Origin: an uncultured delta proteobacterium
Lineage (GTDB): Bacteria > Myxococcota > Myxococcia > SLRQ01
Reading direction: 5' to 3'
Assembly (NCBI GenBank): GCA_963727485.1
Contig: CAVSGM010000001.1
Location: 928,001 to 992,000, forward strand
Length of the DNA: 64,000 nt
Shown here: positions 20,001-32,557 of the stretch, piece by piece
Layout: each line of letters begins with the position of its first letter
Numbering within the stretch: position 1 is the first letter of the stretch
The notes under the pieces: model-generated
The model's input: only the letters and a program-made list of their open reading frames with translations
Told to the model about the DNA's origin: nothing
Databases searched by the model: none
Made by a program: the position numbers and the translations under genes

Positions 20001-21734
20001 GTGACCGAGGGGACCCAGTCGGACAGCAAGACCTTCACCATCACCGTGAACAACGTGAACCGGCCGCCGGTGCTGGCGGCGATCTCCGCCCAGCAGGTGA
20101 TCGTGGGCCAGACCCTGTCCTTCACCGTCTCCGCCACCGATCCCGACGGGGACACGGTCACCCTCACCGACCCCGGGGCGCCGTCGGCGTCGACGTTCAG
20201 CGGCGGCACCTTCACCTGGACCCCGGCGGCGGCCGACGTGGGGGCCCACACGGTGACCTTCACCGCCAGTGACGGGACCCTCACCGACACCGGGACCGCG
20301 AGCATCACCGTGATCGCCGCGTTGAAGCTGGCGACCCTCGGCGCCCAGACCGTGGCCGAGAACAGCGCGCTCACCGTGACCCCGACCCTGGCCTCGGATC
20401 CGGGGACCGGCACGCCTGCCTACAGCGCCACCGGGCTGCCCGCCGGCGCCAGCCTCGACCCGGCCACCGGCGTGCTCACCTGGACCCCGAGCTACAGCCA
20501 GGCCGGGAGCTACCCGGTGACCCTCACGGTGACCGAGAGCGGCCAGACCGACAGCCAGACCTTCGCCATCACCGTGACCAACACCGACCGCCCGCCGGTC
20601 CTCGGGGCCATCGCGGCCCAGTCGGTGACCGTGGGCCAGACCCTGACCTTCACCGTCTCCGCCACCGATCCCGACGGGGACGCGGTGACCCTCACCGACC
20701 CCGGGGCGCCGGCGGCCTCGAGCTTCGACGGGACCACCTTCACCTGGGCGCCGGCCGCCGCCGACGCCGGGGTCCACACGGTGACCTTCGACGCCACCGA
20801 CGGGACCCTCTCCGACACCGGGACCGCGACCATCACCGTGATCGTGCCCCTCAAGCTCGCGGCCATCGCCGACCAGACCGTCGACGAGAACGCCCTCCTC
20901 GACCTCACCGCCCGCCTGGCCTCGGATCCCGCGAACGGGACCCCGGCCTGGACCCTCACCGGGAAGCCCACCGGCGCGACCTTCGACGGCGCCACCGGGC
21001 ACCTCACCTGGACCCCCGACTACACCCAGGCGGGGACCTACCCAGTGACCGTCACCGTCATCGAGGCCGGGGCCACCGACCGCGTTTCGTTCACCATCAC
21101 CGTGAACAACGTCGACCGGCCGCCGGTGCTGGCGCCCATCGGGGCGAAGACGGTGACCGCCGGCACCGCCCTGTCCTTCGCCGTCGCCGCCACCGATCCC
21201 GACGGGGACGCGGTGACGATCACCGCCGCCGGGCTGCCCACCGGGGCCACCTTCGACGGCAGCACCTTTGCCTGGACCCCGGGGGCGGCGGACGTGGGGA
21301 CCTACACGGTGACCTTCACCGCCGACGACGGGACGCTCCAGGACACGCAGACCGTGGACATCACGGTCACCGACGGCGGGACGGCGACCGACGGCGGGAC
21401 GGCGACCGACGGCGGGACGGCGACCGACGGCGGGACGGCGACCGACGGCGGGACGGCGACCGACGGCGGGACGGCGACCGACGGCGGGACCGCGACCGAC
21501 GGCGGGACGGCGACCGACGGCGGGACCGCGACCGACGGCGGGACCGCGACCGACGGCGGCGGCCAGCAGGGCGGCCAGGACGCTGGTGCCGGGGCCACCG
21601 GGGGCGGCAGCGCCGCGGCGGGGGGCTGCAACTGCAGCGCCACCACCGGGAGCCCCGCGGGCCTGATCCCGATCGTCCTGGGCCTCCTGGGTCTCGTCGG
21701 CCTCCGCCGGCGGCGGAGGGCGCCGGGCGCCTGA
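17082..21734 (+). CDS. S8 subtilase lipoprotein with six Ig-like repeats and MYXO-CTERM
   Basis: GGGAGG RBS; lipobox ALSAC; intact D/H/S triad; repeated LTWTP..QAG.Y and ATDPDGD units; GCNCSA..LLGLVGLRRRRR. Confidence 0.92.
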   Translation: MHRHVPVLAGALALALSACTATGSDPGTPRIHTALGSFDPTATTGPALAGLRTVRVGPTAPYIVQFGGHVTLAQREALKGAGATLVAYQPDDAFVVRASPTVAAGLSAVAGVRAVVPQGPALRLQPALLSRVAGQLAPSLELTPTRMLVEVPDEDAQVAVAQAARSLGGTVDALAAGGRYLKVTLPLAAAPELAARSDVTWVQKADRFHVLNDEARWVIQAGSGPANVGLTPVWDHGLTGQGQVVGIADSGIAGSGSGTSFSSTSCFFSDVANKIAYYEVLSGAASGDEIGHGTHTSGSIAGNTTNTSMSQYDGQAKDAQLYFQDIGASNQTLQGLPADLSTGLFPNAYNFGARVHSDSWGATTSSYDAYARQVDVFVAAHPDFLVLFANGNAGPTVGSVGSPATAKDLISVGATDNATPADATRADYMANASNNLYSNTSFSSRGPTADGRIKPTLTAPGAFVTSADWKSACGVVPDPGTSMATPTLAGGATLARQYFREGFYPTGAKTAADAMQPSAALLKAVLMAGADAMDGPNAAPIPSMDQGFGRANVGHALYFTGDPAEDRLWIHDDATGLNTNDAPSYSLHTDRAGPLKVALTWTDPAAASGANPALVDNLDLRVMAPDGTIYKGNVMSGGVSVTGGAADSKNVEELFYLPNAPAGTWGVQVVGTNVPSGPQTFAVAAVGEVVVGRQGAPSADPAPPPPPPSPPAKCTDATISPVQSAVGWVDSAGGYATKNAKNAFGDDDIYASAGVDPTNQYGDRFGVLQVPITVPPGKTLDHLTLTVTSQTPWFVLAGTNWTFDAVNLPALSTSTTYANVQAASVLDTAPQSVTDLQVAKYAEDTVTFAPAAVDANGRLTVRIHGNGVAGSMESWDSGFPNGSTTDPNPGLGIPPVVGLCFVPPLAMNAIPGQTVDENAALTVTPSLATDPKVATPTWSATGLPTGASLDPGTGVLTWTPTYSQAGTYTVTLTVTEGTQSDSKTFTITVNNVNRPPVLAAISAQQVIVGQTLSFTVSATDPDGDTVTLTDPGAPSASTFSGGTFTWTPAAADVGAHTVTFTASDGTLTDTGTASITVIAALKLATLGAQTVAENSALTVTPTLASDPGTGTPAYSATGLPAGASLDPATGVLTWTPSYSQAGSYPVTLTVTESGQTDSQTFAITVTNTDRPPVLGAIAAQSVTVGQTLTFTVSATDPDGDAVTLTDPGAPAASSFDGTTFTWAPAAADAGVHTVTFDATDGTLSDTGTATITVIVPLKLAAIADQTVDENALLDLTARLASDPANGTPAWTLTGKPTGATFDGATGHLTWTPDYTQAGTYPVTVTVIEAGATDRVSFTITVNNVDRPPVLAPIGAKTVTAGTALSFAVAATDPDGDAVTITAAGLPTGATFDGSTFAWTPGAADVGTYTVTFTADDGTLQDTQTVDITVTDGGTATDGGTATDGGTATDGGTATDGGTATDGGTATDGGTATDGGTATDGGTATDGGTATDGGGQQGGQDAGAGATGGGSAAAGGCNCSATTGSPAGLIPIVLGLLGLVGLRRRRRAPGA
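21369..21560 (+). repeat. 18-bp coding tandem repeat (10 copies plus a partial one) encoding TDGGTA
   Basis: ACCGACGGCGGGAC(G/C)GCG repeated contiguously, in frame, just before the MYXO-CTERM. Confidence 0.95.
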
Positions 21735-21796
21735 CACCCGGAACCTGACCTGGGAGGTGGTCCTGAGGGCCTGGGCGGACCTATGCTCCACCGACC

Positions 21797-24700
21797 ATGC
21801 TGCGACGCACCGGCCGCCTCGGCCTCCTGTTCCTGATCGTCCCCCTCTCAGCCTGCGGGCTGGCAGGGACCGGCGCCGCCCCGGCGGCCACCCTCGTCCA
21901 CACCCGCCAGGGCGCCTTCGACCCGCGCCACGACGCCGGCCCCGCCCTCGCCGGGGTGGATCCCATCGCGGTGGGGAGCGACCTCCCCTGGATCGTCCAG
22001 CTCGACGGCCCGGTGACCGCCGCGGCCCGGGACGCCCTCCGCCGCGCCGGGGCCACGGTCACCGGCTACTACCCGTCCCGGGCCCTCCTGGTGCGGGCGC
22101 GGCCTGAGGTGGCGACCGCCCTCACCGGTCTCTCCGGGGTGCGGGCGGTGGTGCCCCAGTCCCCGGCCCTGCGCCTGGCCCCGTCGCTCACCGATCGTCG
22201 CCACGGGCTCCTCGCCCCCTCGGCGCGCCTGCGCCCCGAGCCCCTCCTGGTGTCCGTCGCCGACCCCGACGCGGTGCAGGCGGTGGCCCAGGCGGCGCGC
22301 TCCCTCGGGGGCACGGTGATCCGCACCGCCCGGAAGGCCGGCCTGGTGCGGGTGTCCCTGGCCCCGGCCCTGGCCGCCGAGCTGGCGGCGCGCAGCGACG
22401 TGACCTTCGTGGAGCCGGCGCCGAAGCTCCACTACCTCAACGCCGAGGCCCGCTGGGTGATCCAGGCCGGGGCTGGCGCCGCCCACGTGGACAAGACCCC
22501 GGTGTGGGACCAGGGCCTCACCGGCAAGGGCGAGATCGTCGGCATCGCCGACAGCGGCATCAACACCTCGAGCTGCTTCTTCGCCGACGTGCCCAACAAG
22601 ATCTTCAAGTACGCGGTCCTCGCCGGCGCCACCAAGGGCGACGAGATCGGGCATGGGACCCACACCTCCGGATCCATCGCCGGCAACGAGACCACCAACC
22701 CCAAGCTCGAGGGCTTCGACGGCCAGGCCAAGGACGCCCAGCTCTACTTCCAGGACGTCGGCGCCGACGCCAGCGGCAGCCTCTCGGCGGTCCCCGACGA
22801 CCTCGACCTCCTCTTCCAGCCCCCCTACGACGCCGGGGTCCGGATCCACAGCGACTCCTGGGGCGGCGACTCCTCGAGCTACGACGCCTTCGCCCGGACC
22901 ATCGACGTCTTCGTCCACGCCCACCCCGACTTCCTGGTGCTCTTCGCCAACGGGAACGCCGGCCCCGAGCGCGGCTCGGTGGGCAGCCCGGCCACCGCCA
23001 AGGACCTCATCTCCGTGGGCGCCTCCGAGAACGCCACCGCGGCCGACCCCGACCGCCCCAACGGCCTCGCCTACTTCTCCAGCGAGGGCCCCACCGCCGA
23101 CGGCCGCATCAAGCCGACCCTCACCGCCCCCGGGGACCAGATCACCTCCGCCGACTGGCAGTCCGCCTGCGGAGTGGTCGCCGAGCAGGGCACCTCCATG
23201 GCGACCCCGACCCTGGCCGGCGGCGCCGCCCTGGCGCGGCAGTACTTCACCGACGGCTTCTACCCCTCGGGGACCCGGACCGCCGCCGACAGCCTCGACC
23301 CCAGCGCCGCCCTCCTCCGGGCGGTGCTCATCGCCGGGGCGTCGCACATGACCGGCCCCTACACCGGGCGGGTCCCCTCGCCGTCCCAGGGCTTCGGCCG
23401 GGTCGACCTCGGGCGCAGCCTCTACTTCGCCGGTGACGAGGCGAGGACCCGCCTCTACGCCGACGACGTGACCCCGGGCCTCGGCACCGGGGACGCGCCC
23501 ACCGTCACCCTGACGACCGACCGGGCGGGCCCCCTGCGGGTGGCCCTCGCCTGGAGCGACCCCCCGGGCACCCTCGGCGCCGGCGCCGCCCTGGTGAACG
23601 ACCTCGACCTCGAGGTCACAGCCCCCGACGGCACCGTCTACCGGGGCAACGCCATGCAGGGGGGCGAGTCGGTCCCCGGCGGTTCCGCCGACCCCCTCGA
23701 CGTCGAGGAGCTGGTGAGCCTGGGCAACGCCCCCGCCGGGACCTGGACGGTCACCGTCCACGGCACCGACGTCCCCCAGGGCCCCCAGGCCTTCGCCCTG
23801 GCGGCGGTGGGCGAGGTGGTGGTCACCGGCCAGGCCCCGCCCACCGACGACACCGTCACCCTGGCACCCCCGGACCCCAACCCCTACCCGGTGGCCTGCG
23901 CCGACGCCACCGTGACCCCGGACAAGACCGCGGTGGCCTGGACCTCCAAGGGCGATCCCCAGGCGATGCACGTGAGCGACGACGACCTCTACGCCGGGAG
24001 CCTGCCCCTGGTGAAGAACGGCCAGGCCATGCCCCGGGAGTCGGTGTTCCAGGTGCCCGTCGCCGTCCCCGCCGGCGACACCCTGGACCACCTCTCGGTG
24101 ACCCTCACCGGCCAGGACGACGCCAGCCTCCAGCCCTTCAGCACCTTCACCGTCGAGGCCATCGACCTGCCGCCCGTCGCCCGGACCATGAACTTCGCCG
24201 CCATCGACGGTGCCCCGGTCCTGGCGGTGGGGGAGCAGGTGCTCGACGACACCCAGGTGGGTCGCTACGTGGAGAATGTGGTGACCTTCCCGGCGAGCGC
24301 GGTGAAGGACGGGGTCCTCACCCTGCGCATCCGCGGCGAGGGGCCCCCGGGGTCCACCATGAGCTGGGACAGCGGGGTGGCGAAGTTCCTCGGCACCGGC
24401 ACCACCTCCACCGACCTCACCCCGGGCCTCCACGACCCGCCGGTGGTGGGGCTGTGCCTGGGCCAGGGGCCGGCGGCGGCGCGGACGCCTCTGACCCTGG
24501 CGGCCCTGCCCTCCACCAAGGTCCAGGTGGGCCAGACCCTGCACTTCACGGTGAAGGTCGACTCGGATCCCGGGGTCGCCAGCCCGGTCCTCCTCGCCGC
24601 CGGGATCCCCGACGGGGCCACCTTCGACGCCGCCACCGGGGCCTTCTCCTGGAAGCCCGTCGCGGCCGACGAGGGGAGCCACCCGGTGAGGTTCTCGGCC

Positions 24701-24895
24701 TTCGAGGGACAGCAGAGCGCCAAGCTCGCCGCCACCCTCCTGGTGGTGCCCCAGGCGGCGCCGAAGACCCCGCCCAAGACCGCCCCCGGCTGCGGGTGCA
24801 GCGCCACCACCGGCGATCCCGAGGCCCTGTGGCTCCCGGGGGTGCTGGCCCTGGTGTTCCTGGGGGTGGTGCGCCGGCGACGCCGGCGGAGCTGA
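21797..24895 (+). CDS. S8 subtilase lipoprotein with one Ig-like repeat and MYXO-CTERM
   Basis: Lipobox PLSAC; IADSG/HGTH/GTSMA; GCGCSA..VFLGVVRRRRRR tail. Paralog of the two upstream genes. Confidence 0.92.
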   Translation: MLRRTGRLGLLFLIVPLSACGLAGTGAAPAATLVHTRQGAFDPRHDAGPALAGVDPIAVGSDLPWIVQLDGPVTAAARDALRRAGATVTGYYPSRALLVRARPEVATALTGLSGVRAVVPQSPALRLAPSLTDRRHGLLAPSARLRPEPLLVSVADPDAVQAVAQAARSLGGTVIRTARKAGLVRVSLAPALAAELAARSDVTFVEPAPKLHYLNAEARWVIQAGAGAAHVDKTPVWDQGLTGKGEIVGIADSGINTSSCFFADVPNKIFKYAVLAGATKGDEIGHGTHTSGSIAGNETTNPKLEGFDGQAKDAQLYFQDVGADASGSLSAVPDDLDLLFQPPYDAGVRIHSDSWGGDSSSYDAFARTIDVFVHAHPDFLVLFANGNAGPERGSVGSPATAKDLISVGASENATAADPDRPNGLAYFSSEGPTADGRIKPTLTAPGDQITSADWQSACGVVAEQGTSMATPTLAGGAALARQYFTDGFYPSGTRTAADSLDPSAALLRAVLIAGASHMTGPYTGRVPSPSQGFGRVDLGRSLYFAGDEARTRLYADDVTPGLGTGDAPTVTLTTDRAGPLRVALAWSDPPGTLGAGAALVNDLDLEVTAPDGTVYRGNAMQGGESVPGGSADPLDVEELVSLGNAPAGTWTVTVHGTDVPQGPQAFALAAVGEVVVTGQAPPTDDTVTLAPPDPNPYPVACADATVTPDKTAVAWTSKGDPQAMHVSDDDLYAGSLPLVKNGQAMPRESVFQVPVAVPAGDTLDHLSVTLTGQDDASLQPFSTFTVEAIDLPPVARTMNFAAIDGAPVLAVGEQVLDDTQVGRYVENVVTFPASAVKDGVLTLRIRGEGPPGSTMSWDSGVAKFLGTGTTSTDLTPGLHDPPVVGLCLGQGPAAARTPLTLAALPSTKVQVGQTLHFTVKVDSDPGVASPVLLAAGIPDGATFDAATGAFSWKPVAADEGSHPVRFSAFEGQQSAKLAATLLVVPQAAPKTPPKTAPGCGCSATTGDPEALWLPGVLALVFLGVVRRRRRRS

Positions 24896-27415
24896 TCAGC
24901 CCGGCGTCTCGGGCCAGCGGTGCTTGGGGTACCGCCGGGAGAGCTCCCGGCGGATCTCCGGGTAGTGGCGGGTCCAGAACCCGGCGAGGTCCTGGGTGAT
25001 CTGCACCGGGCGGCGGTTGGGGGCCAGGAGCCGGACCTGGAGCGGCACCTGGCCGCCCCCGACGCGCGGGGTCTCGGCCAGCCCGAAGAAGTCCTGAATC
25101 CGCGAGGCCACGTAGGGCGGGGCGTCCTCGGGGTAGTGGACCGGCACGCGCTTGCGGCCGGGGAGGGCGATGGCCGTGGGCGCCAGGCGGTCGAGGTCCC
25201 GGCGTGCCTCCCAGGAGAGGCCCCCGAGGAGCGCCTCGACCAGATCCCCGTGGGCGAGGTCGGCGAGCTTGGCGTGGCCGAGGCAGAGGCGCTCGACCGC
25301 GGCGCGGATCGCCGCGTCGTCGAGCTCGAAGAACCCGGCGTCCGGGGCCACAGAGGCGGCGAGGCGCAGGCGTCCGGCGAGGTCGGCGAGGCGCTCGGGG
25401 TCCGCGTAGGCCTGGACGCCCGCCTTGAGCGCCTGCTCGGCGAGGATCCGTGCCGCCTCGGGGTGGTCTTCGGCGCGCACCCGGCTCTCGGCGAGGACCA
25501 CGGCGCCGTAGCGCATCCGGGAGAAGGCGTCGACCCGGCCCGCGGCGCCGTTCCACTCGGCCTCGACGCCGTCGGTGATGCGCTCGGGGAAGAGGTCGAG
25601 GAGCCAGTCGGCCTCGATGGCGCTGGCGAGGTCGACCACGGTGGTGGCGCCCCGGGGACCCTTCCGCTCCCGGGCGTCCACGGCGACCATCAGCTCCGCG
25701 TCGCGGACCACGCTGGTCTCGGAGAGGACGACCTCGGTGCCGCCGGCGAGGAGGAGCTCGGGGGCCCCGGGGCGGCGGCGGCGGGCGACCCGGTCGGGCC
25801 AGGCGGCGAGGACCGCGTGGCGCAGGGCGTCCTCGGCCTCGGGGCCTTCGGCGAGGGGAGGGCGGGCGCCCTCGGGGCGGCGGCGGAGGAGCTGGCGCCG
25901 CGCCCGGTCCACCGCCCGGGCCGCCCCCGGGTCCAGGCCCTGGCGGCGCAGGGCCGAGGGATCGAAGCCGGCCCGCTCGGCCTCGGCGAAGCGGTCGAGG
26001 CGGTCGAGGAGGTCCGAGGGGCCGGCGCGGGTGGCGCCCCGGGGGCCGCCGCGTCCCGGGCCCCGGGCGACCAGGTCCCGCTCCCCGAGGAGGGCGGCGA
26101 CGGTGCAGGCGTCCGCGAAGACCCCCCGGGCGGCGGCCTCGAGGAGGAGGGTGCCGAGGCGCGGGTGGACCGGCCAGCCGAGGAGCGTCCGGCCGGTGGC
26201 GGTGGGGACCCCGGCGTCGTCCACGGCGCCGAGGTCCCGGAGCAGGGCCCGGGCGGCGTCGAGGGCGGCGGTCGGGGGCGCCTCGAGCCAGGCGAGCGCC
26301 GCGGGATTGGGGATCCCGAGGCCCGCCAGGGAGAGCACGGTCTCGGCGAGGTCGAGGCGGCGGATCTCGGGGGCGTCGTGGTCGGGGCGGCCGCCGAGGT
26401 CGTGGGCGGTGTAGAGGCGCAGGCAGCGGCCCGGCCCGGTGCGCCCGGCGCGGCCGGCGCGCTGGGTCGCCGAGGCCCGGGAGATCTTCGCCACCTCCAG
26501 GGTGGGCAGGCCCGAGAAGGCCCCGTGGCCGGCGACCCGGTGGAGGCCGCTGTCGACCACGGCGACCACCCCGTCGATGGTGATCGACGACTCGGCGACG
26601 TTGGTGGAGAGGATGACCTTCCGGCGCTGGCTCGGGGCGAGCGCCCGGTCCTGGTCCCGGGCGGGCAGCTGGCCGTGGAGCATCACCACCTCGAGGTCGG
26701 CGTGGGCGGCGTACCCGGCGAGCGCCTCGCGGCTCCGGCGGATCTCGGCGGCGCCGGGGAGGAAGACCAGGACGTCGCCGTCGAGCCCCTCGTTGACCAG
26801 CCGGCGGACGGCGCTGACCACCTGCTGGTCGAGGTGGCGGTCGTCGGGGCGCTCGAGGTGGTCGATCTCCACTTCGAAGCGCCGGCCCTCGCTGCGGAGG
26901 ATCGGGGCGCCCTGGAGATAGGCGGCCACCGGGTCGGCCTCGAGGGTGGCGGACATGGCCACCACCGCGAGGTCGGGGCGAGGGCCCTCGCGCAGGCGCC
27001 GGAGGAGGGCCAGGGCCACGTCGGTGTGGAGGTGGCGCTCGTGGAGCTCGTCGAGGAGCACGGCGCCGACGCCGTTGAGCGACGGGTCGTCCTGGAGCCG
27101 GCGGACGAAGAGGCCCTCGGTGAGGAAGAGGATCCGGGTCTTCTTGCCGGCGACCCGCTCGAAGCGCACCTGGTAGCCCACCTCGTCGCCGAGGCGGCCC
27201 CGGCGCTCGCTGGCGACCCGGGTGGCGGCGAGGCGGGCGGCCAGGCGCCTGGGCTCCAGGACCAGCACCTGGCCCGCGATCCCCGCGTCGAGGAGCGCCG
27301 GGGGCACCCGGGTGGTCTTCCCGGCCCCCGGCGGCGCCTCGAGGACCAGGCGGCCGGTCTCGCGCACGGCGCGCGTGAGCTCGGGGAGGAGCGGGTCGAT
27401 GGGAAGGCGGTCCAC
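24896..27415 (-). CDS. hrpB: ATP-dependent RNA helicase HrpB
   Basis: [77 protein letters not shown] start with GGAGG upstream. Confidence 0.95.
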   Translation of the reverse strand: MDRLPIDPLLPELTRAVRETGRLVLEAPPGAGKTTRVPPALLDAGIAGQVLVLEPRRLAARLAATRVASERRGRLGDEVGYQVRFERVAGKKTRILFLTEGLFVRRLQDDPSLNGVGAVLLDELHERHLHTDVALALLRRLREGPRPDLAVVAMSATLEADPVAAYLQGAPILRSEGRRFEVEIDHLERPDDRHLDQQVVSAVRRLVNEGLDGDVLVFLPGAAEIRRSREALAGYAAHADLEVVMLHGQLPARDQDRALAPSQRRKVILSTNVAESSITIDGVVAVVDSGLHRVAGHGAFSGLPTLEVAKISRASATQRAGRAGRTGPGRCLRLYTAHDLGGRPDHDAPEIRRLDLAETVLSLAGLGIPNPAALAWLEAPPTAALDAARALLRDLGAVDDAGVPTATGRTLLGWPVHPRLGTLLLEAAARGVFADACTVAALLGERDLVARGPGRGGPRGATRAGPSDLLDRLDRFAEAERAGFDPSALRRQGLDPGAARAVDRARRQLLRRRPEGARPPLAEGPEAEDALRHAVLAAWPDRVARRRRPGAPELLLAGGTEVVLSETSVVRDAELMVAVDARERKGPRGATTVVDLASAIEADWLLDLFPERITDGVEAEWNGAAGRVDAFSRMRYGAVVLAESRVRAEDHPEAARILAEQALKAGVQAYADPERLADLAGRLRLAASVAPDAGFFELDDAAIRAAVERLCLGHAKLADLAHGDLVEALLGGLSWEARRDLDRLAPTAIALPGRKRVPVHYPEDAPPYVASRIQDFFGLAETPRVGGGQVPLQVRLLAPNRRPVQITQDLAGFWTRHYPEIRRELSRRYPKHRWPETPG

Positions 27416-27555
27416 GCGGCTGGCCTCCAGGGGCGGCTGCCCTAGCTTGGCCCGAAGGTGCCACGGATGCCCGCCGGGGTCGAACCTGCCCGTGGCAGGG
27501 GTCGCCAGGGCGGGGTGCATCCGGTACATAGAAGGCCGACGCCAGAGGAGGCCAC

Positions 27556-27803
27556 ATGCCCACGCCCGCGCAGGAAGCACAGCCCGAAGTCGTCCCCTTC
27601 AATCACCTCCGCGCCCGGGGCTTCAAGTCTCCGTTCGGGGCCTTCGACGGCACCGTCTTCTGTCCCCACTGTGGCAGCCACTACCCGCGCGAGGACCTCG
27701 GGGTCCTCGCCGAGGCCGAGGCCGGCGGCGTCCGCTACCTCGCGGTGAGCTGCCCCAAGTGCCACGCCCACGGCATCCTCCGCGGGCGCGGCGAGGAGGC
27801 CTG

Positions 27804-27804
<1 letters not shown>
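27556..27804 (+). CDS. Small zinc-finger-like protein (CPHC...CPKC)
   Basis: GAGGAGG RBS, 82 aa, two CxxC motifs, TGATG overlap with acs. Confidence 0.7.
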
Positions 27805-29742
<1,938 letters not shown>

Positions 29743-29773
29743 CGCCGGGGCACGGAGCGGAAGCGGCGGAGCC

Positions 29774-30523
29774 GTGAACCTCATCCTCCTCGACCCGGTT
29801 GAGCTCGGCGACGACGGGGTGGTGCGCCTGGTCGGACGCCGGGCCGACCACCTGCGCCAGGTGGTGCGTCCGGCGATGGGCGCGACGCTCCGGGTGGGCG
29901 TGATCCACGGCCGGCGCGGCACCGGGGTGGTGCGCGCCGTGGACGACGAGGGGGTCGAGCTCGAGGTCGCCCTCGAGGGCGAGCCCACCCCCGACCCGGG
30001 CCTCCACCTGGTCCTGGCGGTGCCGAGGCCCAAGGCCCTGCGGCGCATCCTCCAGTCCGCCGCCGCCCTCGGGGTCTCGCGCATCGACCTCACCAACGCC
30101 TGGCGGGTGGAGAAGAGCTACCTCGACTCCCCGCGCCTCACCGCCCCGGCGCTCCACGAGGCGCTGGTCCTCGGGTGCGAGCAGGGGATGACCACCTGGC
30201 TCCCGGCGGTCACGGTGCACCGGCGCCTGACGCCGCTGTTGGAGACCCTGCCCCCGCCGGAGACCGAGGTGGCGATCCTCGCCGACCCGGTGGCCGACGG
30301 CTGGCTCGAGGACGTCCCGGGCCTCCGCGCCGGCGACGGCGGCACCCGGCGGCTCGTGGTCGCCGTGGGGCCCGAGGGCGGATGGATTGACCGGGAGCGG
30401 GCGAGCTTCGCCGAGCGGGGCTTCGTGGCGGCGCGCCTCGCCGACGGGGTGATGCGCACCGAGACCGCGGTCACCGCGCTGCTGGCCGAGCTGGCGCTGC
30501 TCCGGCGGCTCAGCGGCAGCTGA
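29774..30523 (+). CDS. rsmE: 16S rRNA m3U1498 methyltransferase RsmE family
   Basis: [31 protein letters not shown]. Confidence 0.88.
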   Translation: MNLILLDPVELGDDGVVRLVGRRADHLRQVVRPAMGATLRVGVIHGRRGTGVVRAVDDEGVELEVALEGEPTPDPGLHLVLAVPRPKALRRILQSAAALGVSRIDLTNAWRVEKSYLDSPRLTAPALHEALVLGCEQGMTTWLPAVTVHRRLTPLLETLPPPETEVAILADPVADGWLEDVPGLRAGDGGTRRLVVAVGPEGGWIDRERASFAERGFVAARLADGVMRTETAVTALLAELALLRRLSGS

Positions 30524-31403
30524 AGCGGAAGCTGTCGTCGAGGGCCACCGGGAGCACCAGGGTGCTCAAGCCCAGCTGGTTGGCCTTCTGGCACAGGGCC
30601 GCCCGGGCCGCGGCGTCGGTCCGATAGGTCTTCTTGTACTCGGCGTTGAGCACGGCCTTCCCGGCGTCGACGAAGGCCTTGAGCTTGCCGCACTCCTGGT
30701 ACTGGAAGCACTGCTCGTTGAGGGCGAAGTCGAAGTCGCCCTCCAGCTGGGCCACCTGGTCGAGGTCGTTCTTCAGGGCGACGGCGAGGCCCCGGGCGTG
30801 GGCCTCGGTGGCGAGGAAGCGGTCGTAGTCGAGCTGGTCGGCGGCGGTGAGCCCCAGGCCGTTGGGGTTGGCGTAGCCGTCGACGTTGTCGGGCTCCACC
30901 CCGTCGCAGCCCTTCTGCACCGCGAGGTCGAGGCGCGCCCTCATGATCCGCCGGACGTTCGCCGAGCGGACGTCCACCCAGCGCTCCCCGGCCCAGCCCG
31001 AGAGGGGCTTGCCCAGGTCGGCGGCCTTGAACTCACCGGCGTCGGGGCGCCAGTTCTCGTCCGACCCCGCGGAGAAGTAGCAGACCACCTTGCGCCCCTT
31101 TGCCTGGAGCGAGGCGATGAGGGATGCCGGCGAGTCGAAGAGGTCGATGTCGTAGAGGGCGGCGTCGTAGCTGGTGTTCACGGTGCCGGTGAGCTGCCAC
31201 TGCCAGGTGGTGCCCGGCGCCGGGTGGAACCAGGTCGCGGCGGCGGTGCCGCCGTCGGTGGTGCCGGCGTCGGTTGCACCTGCGTCGGTTGCACCCGCGC
31301 CGGGGGCGCCGACCCGAGGGACGCCGCAGCCACACAGCCACAGGGCCCCGGCCGCAAGCAGCAGGAGCCGGGCTCGCCGTCCCGTGAGGTCGCCTCGCCG
31401 CAT
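30510..31403 (-). CDS. GH114 endo-alpha-1,4-polygalactosaminidase-like lipoprotein
   Basis: TWQWQL, YDIDLFD, CYFSAGS.E.WRPD, GCDGVEPDNVD, LKND, NEQC. Lipobox LCGC followed by a DAG linker. Confidence 0.9.
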   Translation of the reverse strand: MRRGDLTGRRARLLLLAAGALWLCGCGVPRVGAPGAGATDAGATDAGTTDGGTAAATWFHPAPGTTWQWQLTGTVNTSYDAALYDIDLFDSPASLIASLQAKGRKVVCYFSAGSDENWRPDAGEFKAADLGKPLSGWAGERWVDVRSANVRRIMRARLDLAVQKGCDGVEPDNVDGYANPNGLGLTAADQLDYDRFLATEAHARGLAVALKNDLDQVAQLEGDFDFALNEQCFQYQECGKLKAFVDAGKAVLNAEYKKTYRTDAAARAALCQKANQLGLSTLVLPVALDDSFRFSCR

Positions 31404-31444
31404 TCCCCCAGAGTCTCGCACAACGGTCCGGGTCCCGCCGCCCC

Positions 31445-32502
31445 CTACTCGTCGGCCATCACCCCGACCTGGGTCCCGTCGCCCATGGGGATGAGCGTCA
31501 GCGTCGCCCGGAGCTTGCCCCGGCGGATGCGGAGGACCTGGGGCGAGAGCGACTTCTCCAGGTGCCAGCCGTGGGCCGGCAGCGCCCGGCGGAGGAACGC
31601 CCGGGTCTTCGCCGCCGACGCCGGGACCCGGTAGCTGGTGATGCCGCCGAGGGTCATGCCCTTCTTGGCGCCCTTGGGCATGGGGAGCTGATCGAGGGTG
31701 GCGGCGTTGTGCCGGGCGGAGCGGCAGGCGTCGGGGAGGACGAGCTTCACCGCGTTCCCGTGGCCGTGGAGGTGGGACGAGGTGAAGGTCCAGGTCAGGG
31801 GCGGTACCTTGGCCTTGGCTCCGCCCGCCAGCGCCACGCGTCCGTGGCTCGCCAGCGGCGCGCCCTGGGCGTCGAGGGAGACCTCGCCCTGCACCCGGGC
31901 GCGGCGGCTCACCAGGGGCTCGGTGGTGTCGAAGGTGTAGGTCGTCACCGGGACCCCGGAGACCTCGGCGGTTCCGGTGCGCTTCAGGGCGCGCCGGGGG
32001 ACGCCAAGGCTTAGGGGCGCCAGCGGGCCGGCACGCTGGGCGATCCAGGGTTCGGCGAGCATGGCGAAGGCGGCGTCGGCGAAGCGCCCGGTGGACTTCT
32101 CGCAGTGGCCCTGCTTGACGGTGTAGGTGGTGTCGCCGCGCCGGAAGGCGGTGGTGGGCGCCAGGAGGGCCCAGGCCCGGGCGAGTCCGCCGGCGCTCCG
32201 GGCCCGGTGCACCTGGACGTGCCGGCCGCCGGTGACCGCCTCGTAGTCCTGGCGCCCCGAGCCGTAGGGCGAAAGGTCGAAGTGCACCAGGTGCACGGTG
32301 GTCCCGGCTGGGAGGTCGTCGTCGGCCCGGGGGGGCCGGCGTCGGGGCCGCTGCCCCCATCGGTCTCGGCGGCGACCCCGCCATCGGCGGTGGCCACGAC
32401 CCCACCGTCGACCGCAGGCGCGGGCGCGGGCGACGCCGGCGGCGCCGGACGGCTGCAGCCGGCGACGAGGCAGAGGGCGGAGAGCAGGATCAGCCGTCGC
32501 AT
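31445..32502 (-). CDS. Hypothetical lipoprotein (frameshift ~32300-32330)
   Basis: Lipobox LVAGC and Pro/DGG linker in ORF 32011..32502, continuing in ORF 31445..32296. Confidence 0.6.
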
Positions 32503-32557
32503 GGCCGACCCCTATCAGCGCCCTGGCGGCGGGTACAGGGCCGGCCCGCCCCCGGTG

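Noticed and set aside
21369..21560. Tandem array as a possible CRISPR
   Set aside because: Contiguous 18-bp units with no spacers, in frame within a protein linker, and no cas genes.
13630..27602. Very long antisense or alternate-frame ORFs (e.g. 17001..21791 -, 13630..17574 -, 24546..27602 -)
   Set aside because: Shadow ORFs expected at very high GC; Arg/Gly/Pro-rich with no motifs, overlapping well-supported genes.
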